Assembly: GCA_963733095.1 (NCBI GenBank)
Contig: CAVTBV010000012.1
Location: 416,001-480,000, forward strand
DNA: 64,000 nt
Origin: Candidatus Bathyarchaeota archaeon
Lineage (GTDB): Archaea > Thermoproteota > Bathyarchaeia > Bathyarchaeales > Bathycorpusculaceae
Reading direction: 5' to 3'
Part shown: positions 30,951 to 39,176 of the stretch, piece by piece
How the letters are laid out: the number at the start of each line of letters is the position of its first letter
How positions within the stretch are numbered: position 1 is the first letter of the stretch
Translations under genes and position numbers: made by a program
Notes under the pieces: model-generated
Seen by the model: only the letters and a program-made list of their open reading frames with translations
Told to the model about the DNA's origin: nothing
The model's database searches: none

Positions 30951-32359
30951 GACTTGCGCCTCAACTGATCCATATGGTTGATGCTTTTTTGGATGTGTTG
31001 TTTTGAGGCAACGTCGGTGCGGTTCCAAAGTGCACCGCCTGTTATGGCTTTGGCGGCTTCTTGGCTGATTTGGCGGGCTTCTTCGATGCTGTCGCCGATT
31101 CCGAGGATGCCGATGGCACGGGATTTGAGGGCATAGTTTTTGCCGTCGCGTAGTTCAATTGAGCCGGGGTAGAGGCGGATTTTGTCACCGTATTTTTTGG
31201 CTAACGCCTGTGCTTTTGTGAGGTCAACGGGTGTGTTGATTGTGGATTTGTCAACTTTGTTTGGGAACGTGTCGGCGTAACTGCCGTAGTCTGCGGGAAC
31301 TTTGTATGTTAAAACTGTCGCCGACTTCTCCATCATGACACCAGTTAGGTTGCCGTTCACCATGTTTAAGCAGACATCTACAAAGTCGTCTTTAACGATT
31401 GGAAGAAGGTTCATTATTTCTGGATCACCGGGGCGGCTGTTGATTTCGAGGATTTTAATGCCTTTGCCAGTATGCATAAACGCAAGGTATAATGGGACGC
31501 CTCGGAGAGCTGAGTCATCGCTGATTTTTGCTCTCCAACCCGCGAAAACCTTGTTGGCTAACGCAAGCTCCTGTTCCCGCTCTGCAGCGGTCAAAAACGG
31601 CAACCAATCAACAACATCCTTGTAAGAACCCATGCCCCCCGTGTTTGGACCATGGTCGTCGTCAAAAGCGCGTTTGTAATCGCGCGTGTCTGGAAGAGGA
31701 ATGAAATGTTTGCCGTCGCAGAAGCCCATGCAGCTGGATTCTTCACCGTCGATTTTTTCTTCTATAAGAACCGAGCCATACTTGAAGTTGGACAAGAAAT
31801 GTTCAAACAGCTGTTCACGGTTTGCAAAGTGGTCGCCCCAGACACCAACACCTTTTCCTAAGGCAGGCTTATCTGGTTTAACGACGGCTTGGTTGTTAAG
31901 TTCATCGAGCCATTGGTAAACAGCCTTCTGAACATCCTTGCCCTTGTAATCAGCGGGATGGAAAATCTTGAAGCGTGGGTTTGCTTCTGGAGCAATCTCG
32001 TCAAAGAGCACTCGTTGAGCAATCTTGCTCTCTTCAATAGCATACTCTTTAGTAGGACAAATTACAGGTATGCCCGTTTGTTTCTCGATTAGGTCGCGTA
32101 AGCCCTCGATTATGGGTTTTTCAGAGCCAACCATGACAAAGTCGAGTTTGTCTTTGTTTTCTTGGGCAAATTTGCAGATTTCATTGATATCGAGATTTGG
32201 AATTACTTTGTGTTTTGTGGCTTTTTCAGCGTTGAAAGGGTTGCATTGTTTGTCGGCGACGTAGAGGTCCACGTGGTATCTTCTGCTTCTTAGAAGGGCA
32301 TCTGCCATGGCGACTTCTCTTGCGCCGTAAGAAACCAGTAGCACACCTATCTTTTCCAT
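30947..32359 (-). CDS. purD: Phosphoribosylamine-glycine ligase
   Basis: GARE, EESK, GKGV, EEKIDGEE, DYKRAFDDDHGPNTGGMG, EINSRPGDPE. Confidence 0.92.
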   Translation of the reverse strand: MEKIGVLLVSYGAREVAMADALLRSRRYHVDLYVADKQCNPFNAEKATKHKVIPNLDINEICKFAQENKDKLDFVMVGSEKPIIEGLRDLIEKQTGIPVICPTKEYAIEESKIAQRVLFDEIAPEANPRFKIFHPADYKGKDVQKAVYQWLDELNNQAVVKPDKPALGKGVGVWGDHFANREQLFEHFLSNFKYGSVLIEEKIDGEESSCMGFCDGKHFIPLPDTRDYKRAFDDDHGPNTGGMGSYKDVVDWLPFLTAAEREQELALANKVFAGWRAKISDDSALRGVPLYLAFMHTGKGIKILEINSRPGDPEIMNLLPIVKDDFVDVCLNMVNGNLTGVMMEKSATVLTYKVPADYGSYADTFPNKVDKSTINTPVDLTKAQALAKKYGDKIRLYPGSIELRDGKNYALKSRAIGILGIGDSIEEARQISQEAAKAITGGALWNRTDVASKQHIQKSINHMDQLRRKS

Positions 32360-32408
32360 CGAGACACACCGTTAAGTGACTAATCAGTGATGCAACACTT
32401 TATAGCGG

Positions 32409-33896
32409 TTACGGCTGAACTTCTTCAGATTCGTAAATTCTGTTTTTCTCCTCGTAGCCCTCAAGGAAACGTTTTTTCATGACATCCGCCATTTTCTGCG
32501 CGCAAGACGTGGGGTATTTGCCAGTGACGCAGGCTGAGCAAAGTTGATTTTCTGTTTGCCCTGTGGCGTGAATCAAGCCTTCCAGCGATTGGTAGCATAC
32601 TGCGTCTGCGCCAATGATTTTTGCGATTTCTTCAGGATTATTTCTGGAGCCGACAAGTTGCCCATATGTTGACATGTCGATGCCGTAGAAGCAGGGTCCG
32701 ATGATACGTGGGAAAGTGACGAAGAGATATACTTTTTTGGCGCCTGCCTTGCGGAGCTTTTCTATAATGACCTTGGTTGTGTCGCCTCGAACGACGCTGT
32801 CTTCGGTTATTATGACTCGTTTGCCGGCAACTTTACTGCCTAATATGTTGATTTTTTTGTCGATAGTTGAGTAGCGTTCGTTGTTTAGCAGTATGAACGC
32901 GCGTTCGGTTACATAGCGGTGGCGTCTTGATGCACGTTCCCACCGTAAACCCGACTCTTCATGAACGCCCATGGCGGGGTCGTCGCCTGTTTCAGGCACT
33001 GACATAATGAGGTCGCTGTCCTTGACGATTTCGGGGAATTCTTTGACGAGGTTTCTGCCGAAGGCTTCACGGATTTCGTAGACATATTTGTCGTCAAAAC
33101 GTGAGTCGGGCCTTGCAAAATAAGCATATTCAAAACAGCAGAAGGCTTCACGGGGTTTCTCTATGAGTTGGGTGCGTTTGAAGCCGTTTTCTGAAACCGT
33201 CACGAGTTCGCCAGGTTTTAACTCGAAATCTCTAACAAAACTGTTCATATCTAAGCTTACGGTTTCAGAGGAAAATGCAAAAGTTTTACTTTCAGGATCA
33301 TGTCCAGCACAAAGTGGTTTTATGCCGTGTGAGTCCTTGAAGGCAAAAAATTGCCCATCGCCTGTTATGCCAGTTACGGAGAAGGCCCCATCTAAGCTTT
33401 CCATGACTGTTCGGGCTGCTGCTTCCAAGGTTTTACCTTGCTTTAACCCTAAAAGCATTTTGTGGCAAACGATGTCGGAGTCGCAGTTGTAGAGGAAATC
33501 CGAAAAGTTTTGATTTATTTCTTTTTTGAGCGGCAACGTGTTAACGATGTTGCCGTTAAAGGAGAGTGCAAGTTTTATTCCATCGGTGGAACCGACGACG
33601 GGTTGCGTGCCGTCAATTATGGAGACGTCGTCGCATTTGCCTGAAGTTGTGTACCTTACGTTGCCGATACCTATGGATCCGGGCAGACGTTTGAACCATT
33701 CGTTTATGACGTTTGTTTTTAGTCTTGGAACTAAATCCAAGGCTTTGTGGGTGAAAAACTCGTTATTGTTGCTTGTGAGGAAACCGTGTGACTGGTGTCC
33801 GCGGTGGTTTTGTGCGCGTAGTCCCCAGTAAACATATGGAAAAACTGGTTGTTTTTCATAATTTATTACGCCAAAGATACCGCAGCCTATTTTCAG
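32409..33896 (-). CDS. purF: Amidophosphoribosyltransferase (non-canonical start codon required)
   Basis: Frame extends beyond the ORF-track call to CGIFG...QNHRGHQS; also RYTTSG, NGNI, CCFEYAYFARPDS, EDSVVRGDT, PCFYGID, CSAC. Confidence 0.93.
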   Translation of the reverse strand: MKIGCGIFGVINYEKQPVFPYVYWGLRAQNHRGHQSHGFLTSNNNEFFTHKALDLVPRLKTNVINEWFKRLPGSIGIGNVRYTTSGKCDDVSIIDGTQPVVGSTDGIKLALSFNGNIVNTLPLKKEINQNFSDFLYNCDSDIVCHKMLLGLKQGKTLEAAARTVMESLDGAFSVTGITGDGQFFAFKDSHGIKPLCAGHDPESKTFAFSSETVSLDMNSFVRDFELKPGELVTVSENGFKRTQLIEKPREAFCCFEYAYFARPDSRFDDKYVYEIREAFGRNLVKEFPEIVKDSDLIMSVPETGDDPAMGVHEESGLRWERASRRHRYVTERAFILLNNERYSTIDKKINILGSKVAGKRVIITEDSVVRGDTTKVIIEKLRKAGAKKVYLFVTFPRIIGPCFYGIDMSTYGQLVGSRNNPEEIAKIIGADAVCYQSLEGLIHATGQTENQLCSACVTGKYPTSCAQKMADVMKKRFLEGYEEKNRIYESEEVQP

Positions 33897-34045
33897 TCCC
33901 TTCTAGCAGTAAATGCTCATGTATTGAAAGAAGGGGTTTATACGCTTTTAGTACAAATTTAAGTATAAACCATGGGTTTTTTGACATAATACAGATTAGC
34001 AGAAAAGGAGATGCAAAAATATAAGTCTAAAAATAAATAAACGAA

Positions 34046-34443
34046 CTATGGTTTTTGCATGTGCTCGAGCATGCCAAAGGTGTTGCCTTCAGGGTCAAGC
34101 GCCAGCGCCCACCAACCTAAGCCAGGAATCTCCATCTTTTGTTGGACAATTTTGCCGCCAACGCCTCAACTTTTTTGCTGCACTCTTCCAAAGACTCCAG
34201 AAATATAGTTTATCGGTTTAGCCATCTCGGAAATCGAAGCGTCCTTTTTCTCGTATAATCCACCATTAACACCGGGTCGCGTCGGCATCATGGTTTTCTC
34301 ATCCACGGGAACCGTTCCCACAAGATAATAGGTCGTCGGTCCAGGATACTTATTCATCTTCCACCAAACAAATCCATATAAAATTTCCTCAATTTCTCAA
34401 TATCATCTGCGGGTATTTCAAAATGCACAATTGTATGATCCAC
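34046..34443 (-). pseudogene. VOC/glyoxalase family gene with about three frameshifts
   Basis: VDHTIVHFEIPADD..FY..LFG / W..GVNGGL..PINYI / GGKIV..KMEIPGLGW.A.ALDPEGN read in different frames. Confidence 0.8.
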
Positions 34444-34537
34444 CAAAAATCACCAATTCCGTGTAATTTAATGATCTATAAAAGAATTACTTAATGATGA
34501 AAGTTAAAAATCAAAACAAAATAAGAAGAGGGATGGC

Positions 34538-35971
34538 TTACGGTTGCCATTTCTCTATGAGATACTTGGGTATCTCGCTGCTGTCGCGTGGTCCAACTTG
34601 GACTTTCCAGCCGCTGAGTTCTTCGATTTCGCCACTGATGCGTGAGGCTTTGCCTGGGATAATGATTTTGCGGTGTTTGACTTTGCTTTCTACTCCGCTG
34701 GCTTTGATTGCTTCTGCAACTTTTTCGGCTGTGAGTTTGCGTCCTGCAACTCCGCTGTCAATGGCTGAACCTTCGGTTTCGACGACGATTAGGTAGGCAT
34801 TGAGTTTGTTGGCTTCGATGTCTGAGGCAACTGTGTAGTAGGTTAGGGCAAAGTTTGATGTGAAGAGAACTGGTGAGTTTTCGTCTGGGGTGCCGTAGAC
34901 TTTGAGGCCTGGTGCAACTGCAACTGGTTTGCGTGGGTCAGTGTAGATGTTTTGGCGTAGTACGGTTGCTGGGAGCAGTGCCCATCCGTCGTTGCCGTGC
35001 ATTACTAGTACGTCTGCGTAGCGGACAATTAGCATCGATGCAACGTATGCTTCGCGCCATTTGATAAGGTCGTCTGCTGTGTCGCCCTTGTCTACCCAAG
35101 CGACCATGGGGACACCGAGTAATGGGAAGCCTGCGAGTTCTTCGCCGCCTTTAGTTGTTGCTCGACGTAACATTGTAAAGTTGTTTATTGTGTCGGGCAA
35201 CCCTTCGTTTATGAAGGTGCCTGGGTCAAGGACAATGTCAGATACACCGTATGCCAGCAGGGTTTTTGCGAGCGAAACCAACGTGCTCAGGTCGTTTGGT
35301 GCAGATGCAACGATTGGGCAGTTGTACATCAATGCTAGTTCTGCCATGTCTTTCCAGTTGCTTGCGGTTGCTGCATAGAGCAGTGGGCGTGCTTTTGGTG
35401 CTGCCATTAAGCCTGCTTCAGCAATTGAGGGGTTTAAGGTGCACAAGATCATTGGTAATTGGGTTGTTTCTGAGACTTTCTTAACGCATGCTTTGAATTT
35501 GTCAGCGTCTTGGGATGTGCATCTGATTGCTATCATGTCGAGTTTTAGGGTGTTGCCGATGTATTCGAAGGTAAAGTTGTCTGTTTTTTGTACCCGTGAA
35601 ACGATTTCTTGCTCGTTCATCTCGTCGGTTACGTCGATTGCGATGGCTGTTGGGTTCTTGTAAGTGAATTCGTGGCGGTACATTACGAGTTTGCCGCCGA
35701 TTTTCTTTGCTTTGTCGCCAGCTCCAACAATGATTTCTTTGACTGCCGGTTTTAGGAGTTCCTTTAGTATGGCGTAGGATTTTGCATTTTCCGGTTTCAG
35801 GAGTGGTTTGCAACTGTCGAGTTCCATTTCGCGGTTGACAATCTTGGTGGCAAATGCCATGCAGTTGTCGACGCCGCATTCTTTGCAGTTGATTTTTGGC
35901 AAGGATTTGTAAATGGTTATGGGGCTGAGTTCTTTTAATCCGCCTTTTTTCTTTTCTGCCATTTGTGTCAT
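34538..35971 (-). CDS. cdhE: ACDS gamma subunit (corrinoid Fe-S protein large subunit)
   Basis: LPKINCKECG..NCMAFA, YRHE, LRQNIYTDP, TSNFALTY, GPRDSS. Confidence 0.95.
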   Translation of the reverse strand: MTQMAEKKKGGLKELSPITIYKSLPKINCKECGVDNCMAFATKIVNREMELDSCKPLLKPENAKSYAILKELLKPAVKEIIVGAGDKAKKIGGKLVMYRHEFTYKNPTAIAIDVTDEMNEQEIVSRVQKTDNFTFEYIGNTLKLDMIAIRCTSQDADKFKACVKKVSETTQLPMILCTLNPSIAEAGLMAAPKARPLLYAATASNWKDMAELALMYNCPIVASAPNDLSTLVSLAKTLLAYGVSDIVLDPGTFINEGLPDTINNFTMLRRATTKGGEELAGFPLLGVPMVAWVDKGDTADDLIKWREAYVASMLIVRYADVLVMHGNDGWALLPATVLRQNIYTDPRKPVAVAPGLKVYGTPDENSPVLFTSNFALTYYTVASDIEANKLNAYLIVVETEGSAIDSGVAGRKLTAEKVAEAIKASGVESKVKHRKIIIPGKASRISGEIEELSGWKVQVGPRDSSEIPKYLIEKWQP

Positions 35972-35977
35972 GTCTCC

Positions 35978-37213
35978 TTAAGCTTTTACGTTAACCCAGT
36001 TTGCGTATTTTGCTGGGTCTGCTTTTTTGCCGCTTGTCAAGTAGTTTGTGACATCTTTTAGTGTTTTGACGGCTGCGGGATGCATCATCATGAATAGGTC
36101 AACGCCTGCAAGCAACAGGGTTATGGCTGTTGTTACTTCCCAGAGCGGACCTCTGAGTTCGCGTGGTTCCCATTCAGCGCCCATTTTGAGCCATGCTTCT
36201 CTTGCTGCCCAAGCGTTGGTTGTGCCAGACGACATTGGGTGTGCAAGCTCTGAATCGCCCATCAAGCCGCCCATTCTTGCGCGTTCCATGTTTGTGAATG
36301 CATAGTCTAATCCGTAGCCTAAGGCTGCGGTTGTCAAGTCCATAACGATGTCTTCTCTTGCGACGTAGTCGTAGAGGCGTCTGTTGAGTTCGCGTGCTAA
36401 GTTAAGGTCCATTGGTGTGAATGAGAGGATTGCGTGACCTGCTTTTTTGATGAATTTTGCACATTTTTCTACGTCCATGTCTCGTGTTACTGAGCTGATT
36501 AGGAAGCGTTCGCCTGGGAATTGAGCGCATACTTCTTCGAAGACTGCTGTGTCTTTAACTGGGTCTCCGCATCCACCGATGACTAGGGGTACGTCTACTG
36601 CTTGTAGGACTTTCTCGATTGTTTTACATGCGTCTTTTGGCGTTGCATCTTTGAGAAGTGGGTCAACGCTGATTAGGTGCATTGTAACCATGTCTGCGCC
36701 GAATTTTTCGACTGCAAGTTTTGCCCATGCGGCTGGGTCGCCGACGACGTCTTTTACGTGCATCTTAACGGCCTTTGACAGAGGGATTTCCATGTCGAAA
36801 ACGTCTAATGTAACGACTGGTTTGTGGGGCATAGGGTTCTCAAAAGTGTAGAAGGCAGGAGAGACTTCTCCGCCGATGGTTAGTGATCTTCCGCGTGTGC
36901 CGCCTTCGCTTTTTGTTGCACCGAGTTTTACTTCAGTGATTTTGTTTGGGTAGGTTTCGATTGGTGGTAGGAAAGCTGCTTGCAACATGCTGAGGGGTTT
37001 GCCGCCTGCGATTGCTGCTGGAAGCTTTATCTTGGGCATCAATTGACCTGCTGCGCCTGCTTCAAAGAGGATTTCCAGTTCTTTAACATCCATCTGGAAG
37101 TCTTCTATCTCGATTTGCTGGAATTTTGCGAGAGCTTCCATTAGCTCATCGCTTAGCTGTAGCCCTTCAGCGTCTTTCTTTTTGTCTGTGTCGTGGTGAG
37201 TCGTTGGAATCAC
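35978..37213 (-). CDS. cdhD: ACDS delta subunit
   Basis: GATKSEGGTRG, IGGCG, ALGYGLDY, AWAAREAW, MMHP. Confidence 0.95.
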   Translation of the reverse strand: MIPTTHHDTDKKKDAEGLQLSDELMEALAKFQQIEIEDFQMDVKELEILFEAGAAGQLMPKIKLPAAIAGGKPLSMLQAAFLPPIETYPNKITEVKLGATKSEGGTRGRSLTIGGEVSPAFYTFENPMPHKPVVTLDVFDMEIPLSKAVKMHVKDVVGDPAAWAKLAVEKFGADMVTMHLISVDPLLKDATPKDACKTIEKVLQAVDVPLVIGGCGDPVKDTAVFEEVCAQFPGERFLISSVTRDMDVEKCAKFIKKAGHAILSFTPMDLNLARELNRRLYDYVAREDIVMDLTTAALGYGLDYAFTNMERARMGGLMGDSELAHPMSSGTTNAWAAREAWLKMGAEWEPRELRGPLWEVTTAITLLLAGVDLFMMMHPAAVKTLKDVTNYLTSGKKADPAKYANWVNVKA

Positions 37214-38628
37214 CGTTTGTCTTTGTTGTCTTTGACGGTTTGGATGATGACTTTGTTTGCGTAGATCTTTGCGTCTTTAAGGATGATCTTAAATCCGCCT
37301 GCCATGATGGGCAGTGATCCGGCTGTTGCCACTGGCATCATGGTGCCTGCTGCTTCTTCGTTAACTGTTATGGTTTGAGCTTCTTGGGCTGGTGCTGCTT
37401 CTGCTTCCCATCTTGCGACGACTGGGTGGTTCTTTGCCTTTAGGAACGCTTTGAGTTCATCAACGTTCTTTGCATCTTCTTCTGTAGCGATTTTGTCAAC
37501 GATATCTTTAGGTATGAAGTCTTTGACTTTTTCTTTGACTTCTTTAGGTACCCAAACGATGCGGTTCCATCCACCGTCTGCTGCGAAGAATTTCGAGCTT
37601 CGCATGTATTCGATGGACATTCCGTGGAATCCGTCAATTTGCCGTCCGCCTGCCGCTGAGTCTGCTAAGGTGCTGAAGGGCAATCCGTTTACGGCTGCGC
37701 CTTTAAAGTTTCTTTGCACAACGCCTAATCCGTCAACTTCTGGGATGTAGAAGGTTACTGCTTCGAAGCATCCGCATGAAGTGTGTGGGTGGTCAAAGGC
37801 TGTGTATAGCCAGACTTGGTTGACTTCGCCCATGCTGCGTTTCTTGGCTGCTTCGTTAACTCCGCTGAATTCGCCTTTCTCTGCGTTAATTATTTCGCCT
37901 CTTGGAATTGCGAAGACTGGACCTTTCGGGTCTATACTTGCTGAGGCTTTGCCATCAAACCAGCTGATTGCGCCGCAGTTGCTGTATCTTTGTGGTGTGA
38001 TAACACAGACGTGGCTTGGTGCGAATGATTGGCAGAGTGCACATCCGTAGAATGTGTCGACTTCTGAGTCTTTGAGGCCTCTGGCTTTTGCGTCGCGTGA
38101 TTCGTATGCTTGGATTGCTTCAGGAGTCATTTCGTCTAGTTTTGCTGGGTCGGTTACGAAGGTAATTTGTACTTTCTCAATGATGGGCAATTCGCTCTTG
38201 AAGAGTCGGTAGAGAACTTTGCCGATTGAGTCAAAGCTGTTTAAGCCTTTTTGGAAGGATTTCTTGCCTATGCGTATCCAAATGTCATAGCGCTGGTTTA
38301 AGTGCATGAAGCCTTCGATGTAGTTTAGGTAGCCGTGGATGCGTCTTTCAATGACACCTTCAAGGCCTGCGTCGAGTTTTGCGCCTGCAGCTTCAACGAG
38401 TATTCCGAATGGGTATGCGCCGCCTTCTTTCATGTCTTTTAGGTCTGGACCGATGATGGTGATTTTTCCATCGTCGATTTCATTCATGGGTTTTACTTTT
38501 GCGAGTTCAAATTTTTGTTTGACTGTGGGTCCGCCGAGTTCTACTTGCATGTCGTTTCTTCGGATACGTTCTCCTTCGTAGATTACGCCAACTTCAACAG
38601 GGATATCTTTAAACATTGACATTTTCAA
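37210..38628 (-). CDS. cdhC: ACDS beta subunit (acetyl-CoA synthase)
   Basis: YEGERIR, ERRIH, HLNQR, CALCQSFAP.HVC, TSCGCFE, DGGWNR. Confidence 0.96.
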   Translation of the reverse strand: MKMSMFKDIPVEVGVIYEGERIRRNDMQVELGGPTVKQKFELAKVKPMNEIDDGKITIIGPDLKDMKEGGAYPFGILVEAAGAKLDAGLEGVIERRIHGYLNYIEGFMHLNQRYDIWIRIGKKSFQKGLNSFDSIGKVLYRLFKSELPIIEKVQITFVTDPAKLDEMTPEAIQAYESRDAKARGLKDSEVDTFYGCALCQSFAPSHVCVITPQRYSNCGAISWFDGKASASIDPKGPVFAIPRGEIINAEKGEFSGVNEAAKKRSMGEVNQVWLYTAFDHPHTSCGCFEAVTFYIPEVDGLGVVQRNFKGAAVNGLPFSTLADSAAGGRQIDGFHGMSIEYMRSSKFFAADGGWNRIVWVPKEVKEKVKDFIPKDIVDKIATEEDAKNVDELKAFLKAKNHPVVARWEAEAAPAQEAQTITVNEEAAGTMMPVATAGSLPIMAGGFKIILKDAKIYANKVIIQTVKDNKDKR

Positions 38629-39170
38629 TTTCCTCCATTTTCAAATTTTGAGGTCATTACTTTGAGGTTTGCAGCCCACTCTTCGAGGGTTGCGTTTGGG
38701 AAAGACCAGCTTGCATGCGGATGGAATAGGTTGTCGAGGGTCATTGTTTTTAGATCTTGTGCAAAGTGTTTGAATCCTGAGAGCATCAACGATTCCATGT
38801 AGTAGGGTAACCCGACCAAAAGAATTAGGTCAGGGTGCCCTTTGCCGTCGAGTCCTTGCCAAGCGGGGTCAACAATTCTTTGCCCAATGTCCATTGCACC
38901 CATGAAGCTTGCTGGTTGATATCCTCGCTTGAGGAATTCACCAACCATATGGGCTGTAGCCACTACTGGTACTTTGGAGGCGTTAGCGAAATCAATCATG
39001 TAATCGATCAGCTGTTTGCCTTCCATGTACCTTTCAGTGGCGTTGCTTCCCACTATGAGAAGGGGGCGTTGGGCTTTTTTGATCATTGCTACTGCTATCT
39101 CGGGTTTAGTTATGGGGTTTGCTTTTTTGGTGGCAGCTATTTCTGCACATTGCCATGGTTCACAGGACAT
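38625..39170 (-). CDS. cdhB: ACDS epsilon subunit
   Basis: IKKAQRPLLIVG, DPAWQGLDG.G.PD, HPHA..SFPN; lies between cdhA and cdhC. Confidence 0.92.
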   Translation of the reverse strand: MSCEPWQCAEIAATKKANPITKPEIAVAMIKKAQRPLLIVGSNATERYMEGKQLIDYMIDFANASKVPVVATAHMVGEFLKRGYQPASFMGAMDIGQRIVDPAWQGLDGKGHPDLILLVGLPYYMESLMLSGFKHFAQDLKTMTLDNLFHPHASWSFPNATLEEWAANLKVMTSKFENGGN

Positions 39171-39176
39171 GTCGTA

